Assembly: GCF_000017945.1 (NCBI RefSeq)
Contig: NC_009776.1
Span: 300,001-332,000, forward strand
Reading direction: 5' to 3'
Origin: Ignicoccus hospitalis KIN4/I
Lineage (GTDB): Archaea > Thermoproteota > Thermoprotei_A > Sulfolobales > Ignicoccaceae
DNA length: 32,000 nt
Below, one piece after another: positions 8,648-18,282 of this stretch (positions within the stretch are counted from its first letter, which is position 1; every line of letters starts with the position of its first letter). Under the pieces are notes generated by a model. That model worked only from the letters and a program-made list of their open reading frames with translations, did not search any database and was not told the origin of the DNA. Position numbers and translations under genes: made by a program.

Positions 8648-9364
8648 TTGAAGCCCCAACACTTGACCGCCAAGCCGGGAGAGGTGGCCGAGAAGGTAGT
8701 CGTGGTCGGCGACCCCGCGAGGGCCAGGGACGTGGCTAACAAGTTCTTGGAGGATGTCAAACTGGTGAGCGAGAACAGAGAGTTGCTGGTCTTCACCGGC
8801 ACCTACAAGGGGAGTAGGGTGAGCGTGGCGGTCCACGGCATAGGTGCACCTTCTGCCGCGATAGTGATTGAGGAGCTCGCCATGCTTGGGGCTAAGGAAG
8901 TGGTTAGGTTGGGGACGGCCGGGAGCATGAAGAAGGAAATAGACGTGAAGGACGCGGTCGTGGTCACCGGGGCGGCGCACTACTGCGGGGGCACCTTGGG
9001 CGTCTACGCGCCAAACGTGTGCTTGCCCAACTCCCCGGACCCGTGGCTTACCGTGAAGCTGTACGAGAAGGCTAAAGAGGTCGGGCTGAGGGTCCACTAT
9101 GGCCCCGTGGTAAGCAACGACGCCTTCTACGCTGAAAGCCCGGACTTCGTGGAGTTCTGGACTAAGAGGGGGGTGGTGGCGGTGGAGATGGAGTGTGCCA
9201 CGCTCTTCGCCTTGGGCTGGATGAGGGGTTTAAGGACCGGGGCCTTAGTAGTAATAGCCGACAGCTTAGTAGACCCCAACAAGAAGGACCTCCTCCACCA
9301 CGAGGAGCTCGCGGACGCCATGGACAAGGCCGCGAGGGCGGTGCTGGAGGCGCTCACCTCTTGA
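8648..9364 (+). CDS. PNP/UDP-family nucleoside phosphorylase (purine nucleoside / uridine / MTA phosphorylase, hexameric type)
   Basis: VVVVGDPARA, GTYKGSRVSVAVHGIGAPSAAIVIEEL, VRLGTAGS and VAVEMECATLF are the family's conserved blocks. TTG start. Confidence 0.85.
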   Translation: MKPQHLTAKPGEVAEKVVVVGDPARARDVANKFLEDVKLVSENRELLVFTGTYKGSRVSVAVHGIGAPSAAIVIEELAMLGAKEVVRLGTAGSMKKEIDVKDAVVVTGAAHYCGGTLGVYAPNVCLPNSPDPWLTVKLYEKAKEVGLRVHYGPVVSNDAFYAESPDFVEFWTKRGVVAVEMECATLFALGWMRGLRTGALVVIADSLVDPNKKDLLHHEELADAMDKAARAVLEALTS

Positions 9365-9966
9365 ACTTCAAGGTTTACCTCTCGATTAAGAAGCTTTTGA
9401 GCGAGGGGTGCTCGGAGCTCCCCGCGGCGTGGGCGGCGGAGCTCAAGCTCTTGGACTGTTACGAGGACGGGGGGAAGGTGTGTTGTCCCTCCCCCGAGGA
9501 AGTGGCCCTCTGGGCAGTTATCAGGGGAGTAATGGGCGAGCACGAGGCCGCGAGCTACCTCAACTGGAAGGCCTTCGAATCTTACGTAGCTAGGGCGCTC
9601 GAGGAGGCGGGCTTCGAGACGCTGAAGAACGTGAGGGTCAGGGCGGGCGACAAGCTGGCGGAGTTCGACGTTATAGGCTACGACGGGGACAAGGTGATAG
9701 TGGTGGAGTGTAAGAGGTGGAGCGCCTTCCGGAGGTCTGCCCTCTTGAAGGTCGCGGAGGAACACAAGGCGAAAGTCGAGAGGGCCGCTTACTGGTTGGC
9801 CAAGCTCGGAAAGAGGGCGCTGCCGGTGGTGGTAACCCTAAGGGGGACCCCGATAAGGGAAGGGGCTCTGATAGTTCCCATAAAATCGTTTAAGGGGTTT
9901 ATCGAAGAAGTGGACTTGGCTTTCCTAGAGGGCCCCGTGGTGACGCTCAGCAGCTCACGTTCATGA
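9361..9966 (+). CDS. PD-(D/E)xK nuclease-fold protein (Mrr/Hjc-like restriction-endonuclease fold)
   Basis: FESYVARALEEAGFETLKNVRV..AEFDVIGYDGDKVIVVECKRW fits the helix, then D, then ExK layout. The track ORF starts at 9193 inside the phosphorylase gene. I place the start at TTG 9361, which overlaps that gene's TGA (TTGA). Confidence 0.55.
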   Translation: MNFKVYLSIKKLLSEGCSELPAAWAAELKLLDCYEDGGKVCCPSPEEVALWAVIRGVMGEHEAASYLNWKAFESYVARALEEAGFETLKNVRVRAGDKLAEFDVIGYDGDKVIVVECKRWSAFRRSALLKVAEEHKAKVERAAYWLAKLGKRALPVVVTLRGTPIREGALIVPIKSFKGFIEEVDLAFLEGPVVTLSSSRS

Positions 9967-10510
9967 ACTTCATGTGCTGTATCAAGGGCTCTCCCTTCTT
10001 CATCACTTCCCTCGCGAGCTCCCTGAAGGCCTTCCTTATGTAGTACGAGTTCTCATATACTTGGTCGTAGTCCGCGTACCTCCCCTTGACCTCTAACTTG
10101 TCCCTCCTGATCTCGAACTCCGAATTGGTGAGCACAGCTTCCCTCTTTATCTCCTTGTCTTCCTTGGTTCTGGTGGCTATCCTCACGCTCTCGGGAGTTA
10201 CGGTTATGGTCAAGGCGGGGTTGAGCCTCTTGAGGACCACCCCTCCGTCGGCGACCTCCACGAACCACTTGGAGTCCCTCACCCTCAAGTAGTTCTTGCC
10301 CACGCTCACCGCGTTGGTCTCTTTAGCGTTGCCCAAGCACTCCAAGATAGAGCTTATCCTCTCTAGGACGTCGATCATGTACGTGTAAACGTTAGCCAAG
10401 TTTACAGCCTTGGCCCCCTCGAAGGGTATCCTCTCCCTCACCCTCTCCAGGGCCTCCACCTTGGCGTTCACGGATGCCTTAGCGTCCTCCAAGGCCTTCC
10501 AGACGTCCAC
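9947..10510 (-). CDS. hypothetical protein (N-terminal helical region, C-terminal beta-rich region)
   Basis: 187-aa ORF with host-like codon use and protein-like composition. I recognise no family. Its 3' end overlaps the nuclease-fold gene by 20 nt. Confidence 0.55.
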   Translation of the reverse strand: MDVWKALEDAKASVNAKVEALERVRERIPFEGAKAVNLANVYTYMIDVLERISSILECLGNAKETNAVSVGKNYLRVRDSKWFVEVADGGVVLKRLNPALTITVTPESVRIATRTKEDKEIKREAVLTNSEFEIRRDKLEVKGRYADYDQVYENSYYIRKAFRELAREVMKKGEPLIQHMKFMNVSC

Positions 10511-10554
10511 CGCCCTTTACCCCGGCCGCTCTGGGGGGCAAAGGTAAAAGGCCT

Positions 10555-11283
10555 TCACGCCACAACTTTAGGCAAAGGCTCCTCGCGGCCCTCTAGGAGC
10601 AAGGCCGGCAGCTCCGCGTAGAGCACGACGGAAGAGGTGAGGGGTTCGAAGTACATCCCCACCGCGCGCAGCTCCAAGTCCAACTTCGCCAAAAGCTCGC
10701 AGACCCGGGGGTCGCCCTTGCAGTAGGGCACGAAGCCCGAGGCCTTCGGGAAGCCCACCACGAAGACAACCACCTTCCTCCCCTCGAAGGCGCCGAGCTC
10801 CTCCAAGTGCCTAACCCCCCTGTCCGTAGGGCAGTCCGGCCACATGCCGAAGCCCCTCCAAGATGCCAAGTCCGCGCTCTTCGCCTCCACCAACGCCCTC
10901 CCCTCCGGGCACCGGAGCTCGAAGTCGAAGGTCGAGCTGCCGTAACGGGGCCTCCGCTTGACCTCGCACCCCCTCGCCCAGCTCAAGTAGCCGAGCTCGA
11001 AGGCCCTCTCCAAGGCCCTCTCTTGCAAGTTCGTATCAGTTACCGCGAAGCCGAAGGGGGTTTTGGCCGCCACTAGCTTGTACTTCAACTTCCCGCCTCC
11101 CTTAGGTGAGCAGTAGGCCTCGTTGCCCTCCCAGATCAAGTCCTCCAAGCGGCCGGTGTTGGTGTTGTGTACTAAGAGCTCCTCCTCCCCCACGGAGGCC
11201 CTCACCACAAACCTGTTTACCTTTTCCTTTACGGTGCAGTGGAAGGCCTCGAGCTTGAGCAAGGGCCTCTCCGGGACGATCAA
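10555..11283 (-). CDS. sfsA: SfsA-family protein (sugar fermentation stimulation protein homologue, nuclease-fold)
   Basis: VNRFVV..., HNTNTGRLEDL, FDFEL....VEAKS and TDRGVRHLEEL match SfsA signatures. The TTG start overlaps the hypB TGA. Confidence 0.85.
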   Translation of the reverse strand: MIVPERPLLKLEAFHCTVKEKVNRFVVRASVGEEELLVHNTNTGRLEDLIWEGNEAYCSPKGGGKLKYKLVAAKTPFGFAVTDTNLQERALERAFELGYLSWARGCEVKRRPRYGSSTFDFELRCPEGRALVEAKSADLASWRGFGMWPDCPTDRGVRHLEELGAFEGRKVVVFVVGFPKASGFVPYCKGDPRVCELLAKLDLELRAVGMYFEPLTSSVVLYAELPALLLEGREEPLPKVVA

Positions 11284-11921
11284 AGGCCCAAGGCCCTCTG
11301 GAGCTCCTCTAAGCCCTCGCCGGTCTTGACCGAGACCAACACTACCGGCGCGCGGGGGTTGAGCGACTTGGCGTCGTTCACCATCTTCTCCACGTCCACT
11401 CCCAAGGGACCAGCCATGTCGACCTTAGATATCACTATTACGTCTGACCTCTTCGTGCTCATCGGGTGCTTCACGAACTTGTCCTCCCCCTCCGCTACGG
11501 AGACTACCATGACCCTCTTATGAGCGCCCAAGGGGAAGTTGAAAGGACATATCAAGTTGCCCACGTTCTCTATAAACATGATATCGTACTTGCTGAGGTC
11601 GACGTCCTTGAGAGCCTCAAAGATGTGGTCTGGCTCCAAGTGGCAAATACCACCCGTGTTTATCTCGACGCCCTCCACCCCGTGCCTCGAGACCCTCTCG
11701 GCGTCTAGGGTTGAGGCCACGTCGCCCCCCAAGTACAAGATCTCGTACTTGTCCTTCAACCTGTCGACCAGCGCCTCTATGAGCGCGGTCTTCCCGGAGC
11801 CCGGGCTACCCAAGAACTCGAACACCTTGACGCCGTATTTGTCGTACAGCCTCCTCAGCTCGGCCGCTTTGTCCAAGTACTTCTGGTTGACGTCCACCTT
11901 TATGGTGACCAGGCGGGGCAC
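11280..11921 (-). CDS. hypB: hydrogenase nickel-incorporation GTPase HypB
   Basis: P-loop GSPGSGKT, CHLEPDHI, the ENVGNLICP motif and SKVD. 213 aa. Confidence 0.9.
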   Translation of the reverse strand: MPRLVTIKVDVNQKYLDKAAELRRLYDKYGVKVFEFLGSPGSGKTALIEALVDRLKDKYEILYLGGDVASTLDAERVSRHGVEGVEINTGGICHLEPDHIFEALKDVDLSKYDIMFIENVGNLICPFNFPLGAHKRVMVVSVAEGEDKFVKHPMSTKRSDVIVISKVDMAGPLGVDVEKMVNDAKSLNPRAPVVLVSVKTGEGLEELQRALGL

Positions 11922-12096
11922 TGCGCTTACCCGCCTTGTGCACGGATTAGGGATTATTGTGTGTAACGTACGTCAAACTAAATAACTGGGCGCCGGCGTC
12001 TCCCGGAGGGGCGCTTGATCTGGGGTAAGAGCGGCGAGGACAAGATAAGGGAAACCTTGAGCTTATTGGAAGAGCTGAAGGAGCTGATAGAAGAAC

Positions 12097-12621
12097 TCAA
12101 GTGCTCCTCCAACAGATCCTCTCGTAACCCCTAACTTCCTCTCCCTTGCGGCACCAAATCCCCAAGGCCCTCCCGTCCTCCGAGACCTCGTACTCGCAAG
12201 AGGTTTGTACCTCCGAGAACCGGTAGCCCGGGGGCAAGTACCAGAAGGCCTCGTAGTCGTACTCCGCCACCCAGTCCTCGAAGCGGTTCTCGAAGCAGTT
12301 GGTCCCCTCCCTAGAAGGGCCCTCGAACTCTATCAAGAAGGTGTAGTAAGGAAGTTCGGCGAAGGCGAGGAAGTTCAAGGAGGCCCAGTTTACCTTAGGG
12401 ACGGTCTTTACACCGTTTATCATGACCTCTTCCTTCTCCAACTCCTCTTGCATGACCTCCCAAGCCCTATACACCTCCTCCTCATACTCGGAGGGCTTGT
12501 GCAACAGCTCGCTCATCTCGCCCTCCTCGTCGTAGTAGTAATAGTTGACGACCTCGTGGACCCTCCACGAGTTCTTCAAGGGGATTAGGAAGTAGTAGCC
12601 TTGGGCGTAGACCGGCCTCAA
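12097..12621 (-). CDS. hypothetical aromatic/acidic-rich protein
   Basis: 174-aa ORF (YYYYDEEGE, many W/Y/F/E). The TTG start overlaps the TGA of the upstream 74-aa gene. No family recognised. Confidence 0.55.
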   Translation of the reverse strand: MRPVYAQGYYFLIPLKNSWRVHEVVNYYYYDEEGEMSELLHKPSEYEEEVYRAWEVMQEELEKEEVMINGVKTVPKVNWASLNFLAFAELPYYTFLIEFEGPSREGTNCFENRFEDWVAEYDYEAFWYLPPGYRFSEVQTSCEYEVSEDGRALGIWCRKGEEVRGYERICWRST

Positions 12622-12842
12622 GCGCTGCCCCTCCGGAGGAGGTACAAGTTCCTTAAGAGGGAGAGAGCGGCCTCCGGCTCCTCGTCCAACAGCCTCGCAA
12701 ACGTTTTGTTAAACTCGACCACCCCTAGGTTAGTTATTTTCAACTCGTCGTTTATTTTTAACAACCCTTCCTTCTCCAAGTCGTGTAAGGCCTCCAAGAG
12801 CGAGTCCTCGCGCTCCGCGCTGGTCACCAGCCGGAAGAGCAC
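12618..12842 (-). CDS. small protein, possibly winged-helix-like
   Basis: 74 aa. LLEALHDLEKEGLLKINDELKITNLG resembles the recognition-helix/wing part of small archaeal wHTH proteins. It is translationally coupled to the 174-aa gene. Confidence 0.45.
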   Translation of the reverse strand: MLFRLVTSAEREDSLLEALHDLEKEGLLKINDELKITNLGVVEFNKTFARLLDEEPEAALSLLRNLYLLRRGSA

Positions 12843-12966
12843 TTGTGGGGTTAGCCTCCCTCCCTAGCAAGTGCAAGGCGACCTTCACTAGCTCTTTGAA
12901 CTCCGCCAACGGCAGCGCCCGGAGAGCCTAAAGGGCCGGCCTAGTTAAGTCGCGAAGCGTGGGAGC

Positions 12967-13521
12967 TTGGAGAGGTACAAGACCATAAAAGTGGACTCCA
13001 AGTTCCGCTTCAAGTGTACGAGGAGGGCCTTCTGCTGTAGGGGCGGCCCGAACGTGTCCTTGACGGTACACGACCTCATAAGGATAGCGAAGTTCCTGAA
13101 GAAGGACTGGAGGGAGTTAATACCGACTTACGTCAAAGTGATAGTAGCGGACTTCGTGCCGTTCTTGGCCTTAAGGGGGGTGAGGGGGGAGTGCGTGTTC
13201 TTGAGGAAGGGGGAGGAGGGCTACGAGTGCGAGATCTACCCCGTCAGGCCTTACCGGTGTAAGCTCTACCCGATAATCCCCAAGGCTATAGGCTCCGAGG
13301 AGGTCTACCTCGACTTGAAGTGCCCGGGCCTCTGGGAGGGGCCGGAGAAGGGAGTACCTAAGGAGAGTCTCGAGAGGTATTACAAGGAGGTGAAGGAACA
13401 CTATGAAATAATAATGAAGTATATACTCCAAGGCTTAGAACCGGAAGAGGCCTTGGAGAAGGCTGTGGAAGAGTTATGGTCAAGAGTAGAGCCTGTGGAG
13501 GACGAGGGGTTGCCTCCTTGA
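12967..13521 (+). CDS. YkgJ-family cysteine-cluster protein (UPF0153, putative Zn/Fe-binding)
   Basis: FKCTRRAFCCRGGPNV plus a downstream C.IY..RP..C..YP pattern (ECEIYPVRPYRCKLYP) is typical of the CxxCxxCC family. Confidence 0.7.
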   Translation: MERYKTIKVDSKFRFKCTRRAFCCRGGPNVSLTVHDLIRIAKFLKKDWRELIPTYVKVIVADFVPFLALRGVRGECVFLRKGEEGYECEIYPVRPYRCKLYPIIPKAIGSEEVYLDLKCPGLWEGPEKGVPKESLERYYKEVKEHYEIIMKYILQGLEPEEALEKAVEELWSRVEPVEDEGLPP

Positions 13522-14198
13522 GCGAAGAGGGGGTCGCGACCTTCGATTGGAAAGAAACACTGAAGGAGTACTTGGAGGGCGAGGTGTTCCTCAAGGACGA
13601 GTTGATAAAGTTCATTGACAAGGCCTTGAACAAGGAATTCGAGGGGGTGGAGCGGGCCGACATATTGGCTCTTTACTTGCGCGGCTTCGTAAACGTCAAG
13701 AGGTACCTAATACACGGGATCAACATGCTCCTCAACAACTTGGAGCTAGAGAGCTCCCGGGAGAAGGACGAGCCAGAATTGCTCTCGTTCGTGTTCCCCC
13801 ATAGGGTCCCCGACTCTTGCGACTTGCGCCTACTCCCCCTTTCCCTCTCCGTTGCCGTCGCGGACCACTCGGACTTGTGCTGGATCTCCAGCAGCTTCAC
13901 CGTCAACAAGGGCGGGGTGCCGGAGGAGACGAGGGCCTTTAGGTGCCTCAAGTTCCTAGCCTCCACCTACCTCTTGGTCAACGGCGTCCCCGGCATAGCG
14001 TTCAAGAAGGGTTCTGATTGCATCCTACTGTTGGAATTCATAGCCTTGAGGATGCCACAGCCCTTCATGTTCAACGCCAGTTTGGCCAGCGCGGTTTCTG
14101 CCAGGATGACGGAGGATTTGAAGGAGATATTGGAAATAGTGGACGCGGTGATAGTCCGGAAGGCCGACGAGGGTCTGCCCCCCGAGTACATAAAGTAA
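13518..14198 (+). CDS. hypothetical protein coupled to the YkgJ-family gene
   Basis: The track ORF begins at 13476 inside the upstream gene. TTG 13518 overlaps the upstream TGA (TTGA) and gives 226 aa. No family recognised. It ends in DEGLPPEYIK. Confidence 0.55.
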   Translation: MSEEGVATFDWKETLKEYLEGEVFLKDELIKFIDKALNKEFEGVERADILALYLRGFVNVKRYLIHGINMLLNNLELESSREKDEPELLSFVFPHRVPDSCDLRLLPLSLSVAVADHSDLCWISSSFTVNKGGVPEETRAFRCLKFLASTYLLVNGVPGIAFKKGSDCILLLEFIALRMPQPFMFNASLASAVSARMTEDLKEILEIVDAVIVRKADEGLPPEYIK

Positions 14199-14235
14199 AA
14201 CTTTTAAGGGATACTGGGGAGGGGAGCCCGGGTCC

Positions 14236-15068
<833 letters not shown>

Positions 15069-15141
15069 AGTTCTCCTTACCTTGAAATGCTTCAGCAGAT
15101 AATAGGCTTCGTAGCGTCGAGCGTACGAGAGGGGCTAGCTG

Positions 15142-15642
15142 GTGAGAGCGTGCGCCTCTTTGGAGAGCCGAGAGGCCCCTTGCTTAGAAGGAGAGTTGAA
15201 AGTCTACGACCTGCGGAAGGAGTTGAAAGAAGGCTTCTGGAGGGCTGCGTTGAAAGTTTACTTCGACGAGCCGTGCGAAGCTCTCTGCTTAGGCGGGGGC
15301 CCGACCTCCATAGTGCTCTTCGCGGCCTCCATGCTGAGGAGGGACGAAGCGTGCGTATTGCTGGAGGGGCAGCGCTTCAACCTGAAGGGCCTCTGGACCA
15401 TAATGCAGTTGAACGAGCCGTTGAGGACTGTGGCCCTCTACGTGGTGGCTAGGGGAGAAGCCTCGCCCAAGGACGTGGTCGAAGAGATCGGCGAGAGGAT
15501 AGGGTTGACCAAGTCCCAGAAGTCGCTGAAGCTCGCTTGGAGCTACTTGAACGAGCTGGAGAAGAAGGGAATAGTAGTAAAGGTCTCCAGGGGGAGGTAC
15601 AGCCCTAGGGAGGAGCTCTTCTGGTGTCCCGACAACCAATAA
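15142..15642 (+). CDS. winged-helix DNA-binding-like protein, N-terminal part unknown
   Basis: The C-terminal half [61 protein letters not shown] fits a wHTH layout. The start is uncertain: GTG 15142, or ATG 15331 for a 103-aa product. Confidence 0.5.
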   Translation: MRACASLESREAPCLEGELKVYDLRKELKEGFWRAALKVYFDEPCEALCLGGGPTSIVLFAASMLRRDEACVLLEGQRFNLKGLWTIMQLNEPLRTVALYVVARGEASPKDVVEEIGERIGLTKSQKSLKLAWSYLNELEKKGIVVKVSRGRYSPREELFWCPDNQ

Positions 15643-15650
15643 AATTTTTA
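15638..15650 (+). promoter_or_regulatory. TATA-like box (aataaaattttta) upstream of proS
   Basis: Lies 27-39 nt upstream of the proS GTG (15677), consistent with a leaderless or near-leaderless transcript. Confidence 0.4.
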
Positions 15651-15676
15651 GCACTACCTCGGGCTGGGAGGGGCGC

Positions 15677-17113
15677 GTGAAGCTTAACAAGGAGGAGAAC
15701 TTCAGCGAGTGGTTCGATACGGTCCTAAGGGAGAGCGGGCTCTACGACTACGGCCGTTACCCGGTTAAGGGCATGGGGGTGTGGCCCCCCTTCGGCTTCA
15801 AGCTCAGGAAGTTGGTCCTAAACATAATAAGGGATCTCTTGGACTCCACCGGTCACGAGGAAGTGTTGTTCCCGGTCCTAATTCCCAAGACGTTATTGGA
15901 GAAAGAGAGCGAACACATAAGGGGCTTCGAGGGCGAGGTCTTCTGGGTGACCAAGGGAGGACACGAGGACTTGGACGTCCCCTTAGCTCTGAGGCCCACG
16001 AGCGAGACCGCTATAAGCTACATGGAGTCCTTCTGGATAAGCAGCTACAAGCAACTCCCCATGAAGCTTTACCAAATAGTCCCGGTGTATAGGTACGAGA
16101 CCAAGGCTACGAGGCCGCTGATAAGGCTGAGGGAGGTGAGCACCTTCAAGGAGGCCCACACAGCTCACGAGAGCTTCGAGGGGGCTGACTCTCAGTGCGC
16201 CGAGGCGATAGAGATCTACAAGAAGGTCTTCGATAGGCTGGGAATACCGTATATGATAAGCCAGAGGCCCCCTTGGGACAAGTTCGCGGGGGCCCTCTAC
16301 ACGGTGGCCTTCGACACCGTTATGCCCGACGGGAGGGTGCTCCAGATAGGCACGGTCCACCACTTAGGCCAAAACTTCTCCGTGCCCTTCGAGGTCAGGT
16401 TCCACACGGAGGACGGGGACAAGGACTACGTCTGGCAGACCTCCTACGGGCTGTCGGACAGAGTGATAGCGTCGTTGGTGGCCGTGCACGGGGACGAGAG
16501 GGGCTTGGTCCTCCCTCCGGAGGTCGCCCCCGTACAAGTGGTGATAGTTCCCATACCTCAGAAGGAGGAGGAACAACAGAGGAAGGTCTTGGAGGAAGCC
16601 AAGAGGGTGGAGGAGGAGCTCAAGGCTCGGGGCTGGAGGACGGTGCTCGACGACAGGGACGAGCTGACTCCCGGAGCGAAGTACTACGAGTGGGAACTCA
16701 AGGGAGTCCCATTTAGGATAGAGATAGGTAAGAAGGAGGTTGAGGGGGACGAGCTCACTGTGGCGCGCAGGGACTTGAAGAAGAGGGTGAAAGTGAAGAA
16801 AGGTGAGATCCACCAGAGGTTAAAGGAAATGAGCGACGACATGCTCAACAACATGAGGGAGAGGGCGTGGAGCTTCATGAAGAGTAGGATAAAGAGGGTG
16901 AGGAGCTTGGAGGAGGCGAAGGAGTTAGTGGAGAAGAGGTACGTGGTGGAGTTGCCGTGGTGCGGCTCCAAGGAGTGTGGGCTGAGGGTGGACGAGGAGG
17001 TGGGGAGGGTGTTAGGGGTGCCGCTGGACGAGGATGCGGAGGCGAAGGGCGAGAGGTGCGCGGTCTGCGGGAGGGAGGCGAAGTGGTGGATAAGGGTAGC
17101 AAAAACCTATTAG
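15677..17113 (+). CDS. proS: prolyl-tRNA synthetase (archaeal/eukaryal type)
   Basis: [35 protein letters not shown], the class II motifs, a C-terminal Zn-binding region ([13 protein letters not shown]), and the protein ends in Y. 478 aa. Confidence 0.95.
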   Translation: MKLNKEENFSEWFDTVLRESGLYDYGRYPVKGMGVWPPFGFKLRKLVLNIIRDLLDSTGHEEVLFPVLIPKTLLEKESEHIRGFEGEVFWVTKGGHEDLDVPLALRPTSETAISYMESFWISSYKQLPMKLYQIVPVYRYETKATRPLIRLREVSTFKEAHTAHESFEGADSQCAEAIEIYKKVFDRLGIPYMISQRPPWDKFAGALYTVAFDTVMPDGRVLQIGTVHHLGQNFSVPFEVRFHTEDGDKDYVWQTSYGLSDRVIASLVAVHGDERGLVLPPEVAPVQVVIVPIPQKEEEQQRKVLEEAKRVEEELKARGWRTVLDDRDELTPGAKYYEWELKGVPFRIEIGKKEVEGDELTVARRDLKKRVKVKKGEIHQRLKEMSDDMLNNMRERAWSFMKSRIKRVRSLEEAKELVEKRYVVELPWCGSKECGLRVDEEVGRVLGVPLDEDAEAKGERCAVCGREAKWWIRVAKTY

Positions 17114-18282
17114 TCGTGCGCTTCTTCGGCCCCACTCAACATTTCGGAGTGCTTTACCTTCGGGACGGGCAAGTCCTTGACGGGCTTGAACCTGTCCTTG
17201 AGCCTCTCTAGCACTTGAGGCAAGGTGGTGTACTCCATCTCGCTGGGGTCCAGCCTGTGCGGCATGAACGGGCCGTGCCTCCTTATGTAGTCCGCCACCT
17301 TGTTCGCGGTCCTCCTCGCCTCGTCGAAGGCGGGGTCGTCGAAGAGGTCGCTGGGGCCTACGAGCTTGGCGTTCTTCACTTGGAAGCCCAGCGCTATCAC
17401 TCTCGGGGGCCCGTCGAACCTGGTGGGCCTGGCGTCCCTCACGGGGACGGGCATCAAGGGGCCGTTGTGGGAGCCCCTCATCCAGCCCGCCACCAAGTGG
17501 GGGAAGGTGAAGGGCTCCAGCACCTCGCCCACGGCGGGGAAGCCGCTCTGGGCCCTAACTATCATTACCGGGTCGTCCTTGCCCACGTACTTGCCGGCTA
17601 TCAAGTTCAGCCTCTCGACGCTGACCACTGCCGCTATCTTGCCGTCCTTGCGGAACACCCTCCTTATCACGTACCTCGAGGGGGTGCCTATGAGGGCCAG
17701 CAAGTCGTAAAGCTCTTCGGGGGTGTTCAAGTGGACTCCCTTGTCCTCGAAGACGTCCACTACCTCGAACACGAAGCCGTCGTGGAGCCTCGGGTCAATG
17801 ACCAGGCCGGCGGTGTTGAAGGGGTCTGCGAAGATCTTGTACAAGGGTAGGTTGAAGGCCCCAGGCTCGGTCTTGTCTGCGGCGAATATCACTATGGGTT
17901 CGCTCGGCCTCTCCTCTATCTCCATCTCGGCCGCCGCGGGGCCCAGGCCCCTCACGTTGCCGGAGAACGCGTCGCTGAGCAAGTCTTGCCCGGCCGCGTA
18001 GAGGCCGAGCTCCTTAGCCACTTCCGCGGCCTTCTTGAAGGCCTCCCAAGCCAAACCGTGTACGTCCGGGTGGTCCACGCCTTTGGTGTGGGTCATTATT
18101 AGGATGAGGTCGTCGCCCACGTGGGTTACGTAGAAGTCGTTTATGACGCCGTTCTTCTTCGCTTCGGCGAGGACTCTGGAAGCCGCCGCCATGCAGTCCG
18201 GGTGGACGGTGTGGTGGCCAGCCAAGGAGCCGATATCGGCTTTAATCACGCTTATGGTCGTCTTCTGGGCCACTAGGGGCAC
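17110..18282 (-). CDS. fbp: fructose-1,6-bisphosphate aldolase/phosphatase (class V FBPase)
   Basis: [56 protein letters not shown] and [13 protein letters not shown] are characteristic of the archaeal bifunctional enzyme. Confidence 0.95.
   Translation of the reverse strand: MPLVAQKTTISVIKADIGSLAGHHTVHPDCMAAASRVLAEAKKNGVINDFYVTHVGDDLILIMTHTKGVDHPDVHGLAWEAFKKAAEVAKELGLYAAGQDLLSDAFSGNVRGLGPAAAEMEIEERPSEPIVIFAADKTEPGAFNLPLYKIFADPFNTAGLVIDPRLHDGFVFEVVDVFEDKGVHLNTPEELYDLLALIGTPSRYVIRRVFRKDGKIAAVVSVERLNLIAGKYVGKDDPVMIVRAQSGFPAVGEVLEPFTFPHLVAGWMRGSHNGPLMPVPVRDARPTRFDGPPRVIALGFQVKNAKLVGPSDLFDDPAFDEARRTANKVADYIRRHGPFMPHRLDPSEMEYTTLPQVLERLKDRFKPVKDLPVPKVKHSEMLSGAEEAHD

Noticed and set aside
8325-8739. 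Track ORFs 8325-8603 and 8491-8739 taken as independent small genes
   Set aside because: Each is protein-like only for the part that follows on from the previous frame, and turns into R/G/P-rich sequence afterwards. ORF 8491-8739 runs out of frame into the phosphorylase gene. Reading them as fragments of one frameshifted gene explains all three better.
11966-11973. ACGTACGT palindrome upstream of hypB sharing the CGTACG core with the 27880-27895 dyad
   Set aside because: By simple 4^6 arithmetic, a 6-mer palindrome is expected several times in 32 kb by chance. The flanks are not similar, so there is no support for a shared regulatory motif.
15195-15256. GTTGAAAG repeated three times at exactly 27-nt spacing (15195, 15222, 15249), reminiscent of the 3' end of some crenarchaeal CRISPR repeats
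   Set aside because: Only 8 nt is shared, there are three copies, and there is no repeat/spacer architecture. The repeats sit in a high-GC3 reading frame, where they encode a 9-aa periodic ELK/ALK(VY) helical repeat. It is not a CRISPR array. An operator array is possible only if the true start is ATG 15331, which I cannot support.
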